A DNA stretch of 62,828 bases, filler included, from an uncultured Thermoplasmatales archaeon (GTDB taxonomy: Archaea > Thermoplasmatota > E2 > DHVEG-1), in assembly GCA_964517155.1 (NCBI GenBank). It is 9 parts of 9 records of this genome, joined end to end, with 100 filler letters (N's around TTAATTAATTAA, not from the genome) between each part and the next. Parts side by side here need not be neighbours in the genome. Positions count along the whole stretch, not along the records: positions 33,134 to 41,764 come from CAZFAZ010000016.1; positions 41,865 to 45,916 come from CAZFAZ010000020.1; positions 46,017 to 50,888 come from CAZFAZ010000021.1; 6 more parts are not named here. One strand, given 5' to 3'. Below are positions 38,722-46,603 of this stretch, in pieces. A model generated the notes under the pieces. That model had not been told where the DNA came from. It worked only from the letters and a program-made list of their open reading frames with translations, and did not search any database. Positions within the stretch are counted from its first letter, which is position 1. Every line of letters starts with the position of its first letter. Made by a program: the position numbers and the translations under genes.

Positions 38722-39801
38722 ATGTTAAAGATAAGGGCATTAGCATTTTTTATTCTTTTATTATTATTTTTACAATTGTCTAATCTTTTTACTGACAGTA
38801 GATGTTTATCCAAAGCAGATGTATCAGATGAGAATGGTTCAATGAATTTTCCTTCTGATTTAAAGATTGGTGATTTACTATTTTGTGATGTAAAATCAGA
38901 TATTCAAAAAATTGCAGATATGCGAGGTCTATCACAGATACAATCACTGCCAGGATATGCAAATGATCATATAGCAATGTATGTTGGAAACAACAATTTT
39001 ATTGAGGCTACACCCTATTTATTTGCGCCTTTTAAAAATGAATGGATTGGTGTTGTAATTACTCCTTATTGGTTTTTGAAGTTGTGGGCTACAAATATAA
39101 CATTTGGATATGTAGAAACAGATCAAAAAATTAGAAATTCAGCTGTTGAATGGGCAAAAAAACAGATTGGTAAACCTTATGGAGAAAACGGTTTTACTTG
39201 TGCAGAATTAATTTTTGAGGCATACAAAAAACAAAACTTTTTTTTAAATTTTACATGGCCTTACAACAATATAACGTATAATGCTGTCACCCCAGGTATG
39301 ATTATTAGATCAGATCAAGTTGTATTATATTCTAATATCTTACCAATTGCAGAGATAGATGAACTTCCGAGTTATCGATATGTACATGAAACAATTTATT
39401 TTAATGCTTTTAATAGTAAAGATTTAGATGGAATGATCATAAGATACAATTGGGATTTTGGAGATGGCACATATGTTGAAAAATATCCTTCTGAAGGACA
39501 ACAAGTAACACATGTTTACAGAAAACCAGGTGAATATACAATAACACTTACAGTTGTAGATAATGCAGGAGGCACAAATACTGATACGGCAACTATCTTG
39601 ATAAAAGAAGAAACTGATTATGTTGATGACGATGAAGGCGACGCGACTGAACCAGATGAAGACATACCTCTTAACCCTGGAGATGAGGATGATACTCAAG
39701 AGATAATAGGTGAATCTGATGTAGGCTTATCAATACTCATTGGCATGATCTTTGCTATATTTTTATCTATAATTACTTTAATCTTTGTTATAAGAAAATA
39801 A
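38722..39801 (+). CDS. Cell-surface permuted papain-like (YiiX/NlpC-P60) amidase with PKD domain and C-terminal TM
   Basis: Signal peptide; LKIGDLLF, DHIAMY, IEA, QIGKPY, FTCAELI; PKD motif YNWDFGDG...HVY..PGEYTITLTV; acidic linker; TM plus RK. Confidence 0.85.
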   Translation: MLKIRALAFFILLLLFLQLSNLFTDSRCLSKADVSDENGSMNFPSDLKIGDLLFCDVKSDIQKIADMRGLSQIQSLPGYANDHIAMYVGNNNFIEATPYLFAPFKNEWIGVVITPYWFLKLWATNITFGYVETDQKIRNSAVEWAKKQIGKPYGENGFTCAELIFEAYKKQNFFLNFTWPYNNITYNAVTPGMIIRSDQVVLYSNILPIAEIDELPSYRYVHETIYFNAFNSKDLDGMIIRYNWDFGDGTYVEKYPSEGQQVTHVYRKPGEYTITLTVVDNAGGTNTDTATILIKEETDYVDDDEGDATEPDEDIPLNPGDEDDTQEIIGESDVGLSILIGMIFAIFLSIITLIFVIRK

Positions 39802-39805
39802 ATAA

Positions 39806-39976
39806 TTATTTTGGCAAAAGAGCAGGAACACCATCTGATATTTTATAGATTTTATTACATTTTTTACAAGTAAAAATACCTTTAATAATCTCATCTTTTT
39901 CTTCTTTTTCAACAGTTAAATGCAAATCCTTTTTGCAGATAGGACAACACAAAATATCAATTAATTTCTTGTTCAT
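39806..39976 (-). CDS. Trm112-family methyltransferase activator (56 aa)
   Basis: MNKKLIDILCCPICK.DL.L...G.FTCKKC...YKISDGVPALLP, read manually. Confidence 0.9.
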   Translation of the reverse strand: MNKKLIDILCCPICKKDLHLTVEKEEKDEIIKGIFTCKKCNKIYKISDGVPALLPK

Positions 39977-39979
39977 TAT

Positions 39980-41062
39980 CTATTCCTTATTTACAAGATA
40001 CATCGGTCTTTTCATACCCAAATCTGAATCCCAGATAAAACCCCAGTCATCATCACTGTTTTTACGACCTTCTTCAATGTTTTGTATAAAGTTTTTTACC
40101 TGTGAATCCATCATATCTGCGGCATGAACAACCATCGCTTCCACAGTTTTGGGCATACGTGGGCTGCCAAACTCATATTTTCCATGATGACTTAAGATAA
40201 TATGGCAAATCTTGTTTTCCAGTTCTTCATCAAAACCTTCTTCATTATCTCTGATTTCTTTTATTTTCTCACGAATCCAGCGATCGCCCATAACAATATG
40301 GCCAATGAAATTACCTATATCTGTTTTATCAATTGATGCAGTAATATAATATTCCTTAATCTTACCTATATCATGTAGAATTGCACCGCATATTGTTAAA
40401 TCCCTGTTTATCCCTTGGTACATCTCACAAATATTTTTACAAAGCCTTACAACACCTACAGTATGCTCAAGATTTCCACCAACATAGTTGTGATGATGCG
40501 TCATAGCACTAGGGCTGCTGCAGAAATCATTAACAAAATTTGAATCTTTAAAAAAAGCGTTAAGAAGATTTTTAATTTGAGGATTTTTTATAGATTCGAT
40601 ATCTTCTTTAATCAACTTGAATAATTCTTTTATTTTTTCTTTTTCAAGTGAGACAATAAAATCTGATACATCATATTCATTAGAACCGCATCTGCGTATT
40701 CCACCATTTGATTCATTTATACTAATCTGAGGCTTTTCTTCATATATTTCAACGTTGCCTAGGCGAATTTGTACGACATCGCCTGTTTTAAAACTATCAT
40801 AAAGTCTTTTCACGCGGTCTTTATTGTCTCCACCCCAATATTTTACAGAAATCTCACCGGTTTTATCAGTAACCACTAGACCAAACCAGGTGCCCCGTTT
40901 ATATGTTCGTGGAGGATTTTTTATTTTAACAGCATAAAAATCGTTTACAACATCACCGTCACGCAAGTTTTCAATGTATTGTTCTTTTTTGCGTTTACCT
41001 ACATCTGTTTTAATCAAAGTCTGCTCATCTTTTTTATTTGAATAATCAAGTAAATCAGTCAT
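39980..41062 (-). CDS. YhaM-like 3'-5' exoribonuclease (OB fold + HD domain)
   Basis: DKTGEI..KYW, SA..HHH...GG..EH, LHDIGK..EY, GHI, ILSHHG, AD..D. Confidence 0.9.
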   Translation of the reverse strand: MTDLLDYSNKKDEQTLIKTDVGKRKKEQYIENLRDGDVVNDFYAVKIKNPPRTYKRGTWFGLVVTDKTGEISVKYWGGDNKDRVKRLYDSFKTGDVVQIRLGNVEIYEEKPQISINESNGGIRRCGSNEYDVSDFIVSLEKEKIKELFKLIKEDIESIKNPQIKNLLNAFFKDSNFVNDFCSSPSAMTHHHNYVGGNLEHTVGVVRLCKNICEMYQGINRDLTICGAILHDIGKIKEYYITASIDKTDIGNFIGHIVMGDRWIREKIKEIRDNEEGFDEELENKICHIILSHHGKYEFGSPRMPKTVEAMVVHAADMMDSQVKNFIQNIEEGRKNSDDDWGFIWDSDLGMKRPMYLVNKE

Positions 41063-41214
41063 TTTTTATCATTTCCTCCCCTTAGATAGAGGGTTTTTGT
41101 TTTTAATGTATTTATAAGCTTCTACTTTAAACAGTTTTCCTTATAATTGTGACAAAAATAAAAAGATAATGGTGCAAAAAACAACAATTTATTATAATAA
41201 TAGCAAAATAAAAA

Positions 41215-41764
41215 CTATATTTTGTAGGTTTTTGCTTCTTTTACAATATGTGTTTTCATGTTAAGTTTACTAAACAACTCAGGTTTTTCAGTATGAATAG
41301 GAAACAACTCTTTTGGTTTAACATCTTCTAGTAATTTTTTCAAATCAAAACCATTGATATGACCAGAACAATGCGACTGAACAAAATCCATATCAAAAAA
41401 CTTAACCCAATTGACCATACGTTCATAAGAAATCTCCATTTCTTCATTAAAAGGCTCAGAAAGAGAATGAATATACACGCCACCTTTAGGTTTTAAATCA
41501 ATAAGTTGATTAAAATACCAAAAATTCAAAACAACAATGTACTCACTAGGTTTTTTTCTAATGTCCTCTGCAGTTATAATATTTGGATAATTCAAACGAC
41601 GTTTAATATACTGATCAGTGTAATCTTCATTCGAATAAGTGCCGGTAAGACGCTTAGGTTTTAAAATAAAAATATTTTCATCACGGCTATCAGGTGATTT
41701 AATCTTTGGGTCTTTATGATAACGCTCCAGAAAACATGCATGTTTAAAACTAATTACAAATTTT
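41215..41764 (-). CDS. RNase J-like / beta-CASP metallo-beta-lactamase, C-terminal fragment
   Basis: Frame open to the gap; YIHS.SEPF.EE, HCSGH, PIHTE. Confidence 0.82.
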
Positions 41765-41864
41765 NNNNNNNNNNNNNNNNNNNNNNNNNNNNNNNNNNNN
41801 NNNNNNNNTTAATTAATTAANNNNNNNNNNNNNNNNNNNNNNNNNNNNNNNNNNNNNNNNNNNN
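41765..41864. other. Artificial contig linker 5
   Basis: N44-TTAATTAATTAA-N44. Confidence 0.99.
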
Positions 41865-41865
41865 A

Positions 41866-42000
41866 TACAAAGATGCAACTATCGGTAGAGAAATGAGAGT
41901 AATAGAACTAAAAAAAGAGGTAAACAAGATATGTAAAGAGCAAGGACTTGCTGTAAAATACAAAGATATCGAACAAAAAAGCATGGAGGCTGTCCCATGA
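41866..42000 (+). CDS. C-terminal fragment of a sensor-type protein ending in a GRExRxxELKxEVN coiled coil
   Basis: YKDATIGREMRVIELKKEVNKICKEQGLAVKYKDIEQKSMEAVP*. ATGA overlap with the kinase. Confidence 0.7.
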   Translation, partial: YKDATIGREMRVIELKKEVNKICKEQGLAVKYKDIEQKSMEAVP

Positions 42001-43913
42001 ATCTTTTTGTAGAATTTTATCTAGTAATTTCGATATGCTCTCTTGCTGCAGGTTTTGCTGTCTATCTGAACACATTTAATAAAAAACTAAAAACAATGTT
42101 TTTACTTTTCTCACTTGCTGCATCATACTGGGCATTTACAGGATACCTTCTTAGAACCTCTACAACTATTGATGAGGCAGTATTTTATCAAAAAATAGGT
42201 GGATTCTGGCCATTTGCAGTTGCAATTTTACTGCATTTCATACTCTATTACACAGGATACGAGGAAAAAATAAAAAATAAAATAATTTTTTATTCATTAG
42301 TTTACACCCCTGCCTTTCTAATATCAATAATAGAACTAATATCTCCTCAAATAAACGCGGTTAAAATATCCCCACTTGGTTTCTGGGAATCAACCTCACC
42401 ACAAGGCTCAATAAACCATATCTTTTCAAATACTTGGAGTGCTGTTATTGCATTTATTGCACTTTTAATGATATTGAATTACTACTTAAAAGAAAAAGAA
42501 AAAAAGAAGAAACACCAAGCAATGTTTGTATTCATAGGATTATTCATAACAATTTTTCTTTCTATCTTAACCGAAGTTATTCTACCTTTATTTTCACTTC
42601 CAACATTAAAAATGACCATACCGGGTTATGGAATAGGGCTAATTTTTATATCATATTCAATATGGAGATATGGTCTGTTTGAAATAAGCCCATGTGCTGA
42701 ATTTGAAAAAATAATTTCAACAATTCCTGATATTCTTATGATTGTTGATAAAAATAAAACAATTACAATGGTAAATTCTGAGTTTGAAAGAAGGCTTGGT
42801 TATCAAAAAAACATGGTGATGGGAAAAAGCGCAGATATTATAATTGATAATAATAATAATAATAATATATTTTATCTAAAAAAATCATTTGACCTAGAAA
42901 CAAACCTAATAACAAGCTCAGGAGAAAAAATACCTGTTCAAATATCAACAAATGTAATAGATAGCAAAAATAAGGAACCACAAGAGATAGTAATTCTTGC
43001 AAGAGATATTTCTGAAAGTAAAAAAACAAACAAAGAACTAAAAGAATATGTTGAAAAAATGAAAGAAAGTGAGCTTGCGACGATAAGCATGCTTGAAGAC
43101 TTAAAACTTTCAAAAGAAGAAATACAAAAACAAAACATCGAACTAAAAAATCTAGACAGGTTAAAGAACAATTTTATAAACGTGACATCACACGAACTAA
43201 GAACCCCAATGGCATCCATTAAAGGATATGTACAAATGCTTCTCAAACAAAAACTAGGAAACATTACAGATGAAGAGAAAAATGCATTGGAAATTGTTCT
43301 AAGAAATACAAATAGACTTGATAAACTAATACAAGACATACTTGATCTTTCAAGACTTGAATCAGGAAATATGAAATATATTCCTGAGAAAACAGACATA
43401 ATCTCACTTATAGAAGAAGTAAAAGAAACAATGAGTGCAAAATCAGATGAAAAGAAGATAAAAATAAAAACCGAAGTCGACAAAGAAATACCACTGGCAG
43501 TAATCGACCCTGAAAAAATAAGACAAGTAATAATGAACCTTGTAGACAACTCAATAAAATTTTCAGATAATGGAACAGTAATTAATCTCAAGGCAAAAAA
43601 AGAAAAAAACGATATTTTAATAGAAATACAAGACTTTGGAAGAGGAGTACCTGAAACACAAAAAGACAAAGTCTTTGAAACATTTTATCAGGTAGACTCA
43701 GGTGAAGACAGAAAATACGGCGGTACAGGACTTGGCCTTGCCATATCAAAAAGCATAATTCAAGCCCATGGTGGAAACATCTGGGTCGAAAGCAAAGGAG
43801 TCCCCCATGAGGGGAGTACATTCAAATTTACAATACCACTTGACTCAGAAAAAGCAATACGACAAGCAATAAGAGATCAAGACATGTTCAAAGTTGAAAA
43901 AAATGAAAAGTAA
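41997..43913 (+). CDS. Membrane sensor histidine kinase (7TM + PAS + HisKA + HATPase)
   Basis: About 7 TMs, PAS (VN.EFE..LGY), H-box SHELRTP, N-box NLVDNSIKF, D.G.G, GGTGLGL. Confidence 0.95.
   Translation: MNLFVEFYLVISICSLAAGFAVYLNTFNKKLKTMFLLFSLAASYWAFTGYLLRTSTTIDEAVFYQKIGGFWPFAVAILLHFILYYTGYEEKIKNKIIFYSLVYTPAFLISIIELISPQINAVKISPLGFWESTSPQGSINHIFSNTWSAVIAFIALLMILNYYLKEKEKKKKHQAMFVFIGLFITIFLSILTEVILPLFSLPTLKMTIPGYGIGLIFISYSIWRYGLFEISPCAEFEKIISTIPDILMIVDKNKTITMVNSEFERRLGYQKNMVMGKSADIIIDNNNNNNIFYLKKSFDLETNLITSSGEKIPVQISTNVIDSKNKEPQEIVILARDISESKKTNKELKEYVEKMKESELATISMLEDLKLSKEEIQKQNIELKNLDRLKNNFINVTSHELRTPMASIKGYVQMLLKQKLGNITDEEKNALEIVLRNTNRLDKLIQDILDLSRLESGNMKYIPEKTDIISLIEEVKETMSAKSDEKKIKIKTEVDKEIPLAVIDPEKIRQVIMNLVDNSIKFSDNGTVINLKAKKEKNDILIEIQDFGRGVPETQKDKVFETFYQVDSGEDRKYGGTGLGLAISKSIIQAHGGNIWVESKGVPHEGSTFKFTIPLDSEKAIRQAIRDQDMFKVEKNEK
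42849..42866 (+). repeat. (AAT)6 in-frame microsatellite giving poly-Asn in the PAS domain
   Basis: GAT AAT AAT AAT AAT AAT AAT ATA encodes DNNNNNNI. Confidence 0.8.
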
Positions 43914-44111
43914 TTATTGTCGGTTATAACTTACAATAAATGGCTATTATTGTTACTTTAGGTAGACGAATACTTGACAATAAACAAAAAGCATGAAGGG
44001 TTAGATACATCTCACTTTGGAAATGGCTTCTAAACAAATAAGAAAAAGATAAATAAAGAAAAGAATATTACTAATAAGTAATAGAAGAGGATGGATGCGA
44101 GGGAATATTAA

Positions 44112-45014
44112 TTGGATGAGGATGCACCAGACATTATAAAAACCCTGAGAGAAGAAGAAAGGCAAGGGTTACTTTGTTCTAAATCAAATAAAGATAGTAA
44201 CACTCAAGATCTTAATCAAAAAAACTTGACAGAGGAAACAGATGAGAAAAAACAGATTGTGAACCTAAATAAAACAGAGTCAAAAATACTAAATGTAACC
44301 TCTCATGAATTAAGAACACCTATTGCTGCGATTAAAGGATACGTACAAATAATTTTAAAAGAAAAACTAGGAACTCTTACTGAGGAGCAGAAAAAAAGCC
44401 TGGAAATTGTTTTAAGAAATGCAAACAGACTTGACAGCCTCATACAAGACCTGCTAGATATTTCAAGGCTGGACTCAGGAAGAATGCGTTTTGTTCCTGA
44501 GAAAACAAATATTGAAAAAATGATACAAGAAACAATTGAAACAGTACAGCAAACTGCAAACAAAAAACAGATAAACTTATACGCATCAGTAGAAAAACCT
44601 ATACCAGAAATAGTAATCGATTCTGAGAGAGTTAAACAAGTTATCACTAATTTACTTAATAACTCGATAAAGTTCTCAGAAGAAAAATCAAAAATATATG
44701 TCTATGTTAAAACAAAAAATGAGTATGTTTTATTTGAAGTAAAAGATTACGGTCGAGGAATAAGCCAAGATAAAAAAGAAAAAATTTTTGATGCTTTTTA
44801 TCAGGTAAACCTCGAAGACAAAAAACTGGGCGGAGTAGGTCTTGGTCTTGCAATATCACGAGGGATAATTATCGCACATGGCGGAAAAATGTGGGTAGAA
44901 AGCAGAGGAATGCCCGGGGAAGGAAGCACGTTTTCATTTATTCTACCTATAAAAGCCGTACAAAACGTTGAAAACAGGTTTGATGAACTAGACATACTCT
45001 CAAGGAATAATTAA
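44112..45014 (+). CDS. Soluble histidine kinase without a recognisable sensor domain
   Basis: SHELRTP, NLLNNSIKF, DYGRG, GGVGLGL; close paralogue of the upstream kinase core. Confidence 0.92.
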   Translation: MDEDAPDIIKTLREEERQGLLCSKSNKDSNTQDLNQKNLTEETDEKKQIVNLNKTESKILNVTSHELRTPIAAIKGYVQIILKEKLGTLTEEQKKSLEIVLRNANRLDSLIQDLLDISRLDSGRMRFVPEKTNIEKMIQETIETVQQTANKKQINLYASVEKPIPEIVIDSERVKQVITNLLNNSIKFSEEKSKIYVYVKTKNEYVLFEVKDYGRGISQDKKEKIFDAFYQVNLEDKKLGGVGLGLAISRGIIIAHGGKMWVESRGMPGEGSTFSFILPIKAVQNVENRFDELDILSRNN

Positions 45015-45126
45015 TATAAAAAATATTATTAAGTGAAATAAAAAATAAAAGCAATAACAATAGCTGAATAAACGTTTAACATAGACAATCAAAGGCAATT
45101 TCTATAAACTGCCTTTGTTAAAAAAA

Positions 45127-45228
45127 TTATTCCTCTTCTTTATCATCTCTGAAAGTTTCACATTTTTCACAAGTAGAAAAGATAGAAGAATTTACATGCC
45201 CGCAACTTTTACATTTCCACATACTCAT
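45127..45228 (-). CDS. RanBP2-type zinc-finger micro-protein (33 aa)
   Basis: MSMWKCKSCGHVNSSIFSTCEKCETFRDDKEEE fits W-x-C-x2-C-x3-N-x6-C-x2-C exactly; AGGTG SD. Confidence 0.8.
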   Translation of the reverse strand: MSMWKCKSCGHVNSSIFSTCEKCETFRDDKEEE

Positions 45229-45251
45229 TTTTTTAACACCTTTTTTATATT

Positions 45252-45476
45252 TTATTCAACGGCAAGCAGCAAGTATTTGCCTTTTTGAGTGATACTATAA
45301 TAGATTTGTCGGCCATGATTCGCATCATACTTATCAACAAATCCGCTTTTATGCAAAGAATTAAGATGATCATAGATCGTTGACAGAGGTATAGATAGTT
45401 TTAGAGAGAGGTTGTAACCATATGAAGAAGTTACTGATAACTCCGAAAGTATCTGTCTCTTTGTGCGTCCAATAAT
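45252..45476 (-). CDS. Winged-helix (ArsR/PadR-like) regulator, ATT start (74 aa)
   Basis: IIGRTKRQILSELSVTSSYGYNLSLKLSIPLSTIYDHLNSLHKSGFV...YYSITQKGK. In-frame TGA two codons upstream of the start; GGTGAGGAG SD. Confidence 0.8.
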   Translation of the reverse strand: MIGRTKRQILSELSVTSSYGYNLSLKLSIPLSTIYDHLNSLHKSGFVDKYDANHGRQIYYSITQKGKYLLLAVE

Positions 45477-45916
45477 TTTATATCAGCTCCTCACCAAAAA
45501 CATGAGATGCATTATAAAAATTATAACGATAAAATACGTTATACTGTTCTTTTTTGTTATAGATGCGATTGTGAATAAGTCTATTCAAAGAAAGAATTTT
45601 AAGTAGAGAAAAAATAATTGTTAACCGACTTAATGCTCTTTTTGTAAAATCAAATATAACTAGTATTTTTATTGACAAATTTACCTCAAGTTAAAACAAA
45701 ATTATTATGTCGAGAAAAGTAGAAATAAGCATATTATGCTTACAGGGAAAGCAACAACAATAACTCAGTTTTCAATAAACCTGTTACTACTTGCCATCAT
45801 TTATAGTTATCTATCAAATAAAAAAACATAATCTTGAGGATTGCTATTATCTTGAATCGCCTTTAAATCTTGATGAAATGAAAGAGATTGTAACATTTGG
45901 CATAAGCAAATGTAAC

Positions 45917-46016
45917 NNNNNNNNNNNNNNNNNNNNNNNNNNNNNNNNNNNNNNNNNNNNTTAATTAATTAANNNNNNNNNNNNNNNNNNNNNNNNNNNN
46001 NNNNNNNNNNNNNNNN
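45917..46016. other. Artificial contig linker 6
   Basis: N44-TTAATTAATTAA-N44. Confidence 0.99.
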
Positions 46017-46089
46017 GCCCGCATCGGGATTCGAACCCGAGTAGGAAGCTCCGCAGGCTTCCAGGATATCCAAACTACCTCATGCGGGC
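46017..46089 (-). tRNA. tRNA-Arg(GCG), discriminator lost at gap
   Basis: Minus strand acceptor GCCCGCA...TGCGGGC, anticodon arm GAAGC-CT GCG GA-GCTTC, T-loop GGTTCGAATCC. Confidence 0.95.
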
Positions 46090-46090
46090 T

Positions 46091-46603
46091 TTATTTAATT
46101 ATATCAATCAATGCAATCTTCTCAAGTATAAGACTGCTGTATTTATCTTTTGAGACTGTTTTTATCTGGCTTTCTTTTAAACCAAACTTTTTCAGTGTAT
46201 TAACATCTCCCTCAAGAACTTTATCATCTCGTTCAAGTGATAATTTTCCAAGTAATCCACCTACTAATTCATCAGTTATTTTATTCTTTATAACTATAAA
46301 AACTATATCTGTTTGCCCTTTTTTTACACCCATCTTAGGAATTGCAAGTTTTAACTGCCTTTCACCTGATGCATAAAGAAGTATCTCCATTCCAAGTGAA
46401 TTTGTTGTATTTGTCTTTTGCTCAAATGCTCTTTTTGCGTGTTCAAAAGCAGATATTAAATGTTTCTCTCCAAATATCATTTCAGCGTTAAAAACTTGAA
46501 TAACAATATTTTTTTCCCTGCAAAAAACATTGATTTCTTTTAAAAACTCATCAATATTTGAAATATTTCCTTTTGCACCTATTATTTTATACATATCAAT
46601 CAT
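46091..46603 (-). CDS. cgi121: KEOPS complex subunit Cgi121
   Basis: G..HL..A..HA.RAF, MEILLYASGERQ...AI..MG.K.G. Confidence 0.92.
   Translation of the reverse strand: MIDMYKIIGAKGNISNIDEFLKEINVFCREKNIVIQVFNAEMIFGEKHLISAFEHAKRAFEQKTNTTNSLGMEILLYASGERQLKLAIPKMGVKKGQTDIVFIVIKNKITDELVGGLLGKLSLERDDKVLEGDVNTLKKFGLKESQIKTVSKDKYSSLILEKIALIDIIK

Noticed and set aside
42849..42866. (AAT)6 as a phase-variation switch
   Set aside because: A trinucleotide unit preserves the frame, and it is short in an AT-rich genome.
42938..43669. 243-aa antisense ORF and similar antisense ORFs (4338-4775, 24739-25188, 34142-34543, 44303-44647 and others)
   Set aside because: They mirror well-supported genes on the opposite strand and have Ser/Phe/Ile-rich shadow composition with no motifs.
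45478..45916. 66-aa minus ORF and a possible plus-strand partial ORF near the contig end
   Set aside because: No recognisable motif or clear SD; cannot be supported.
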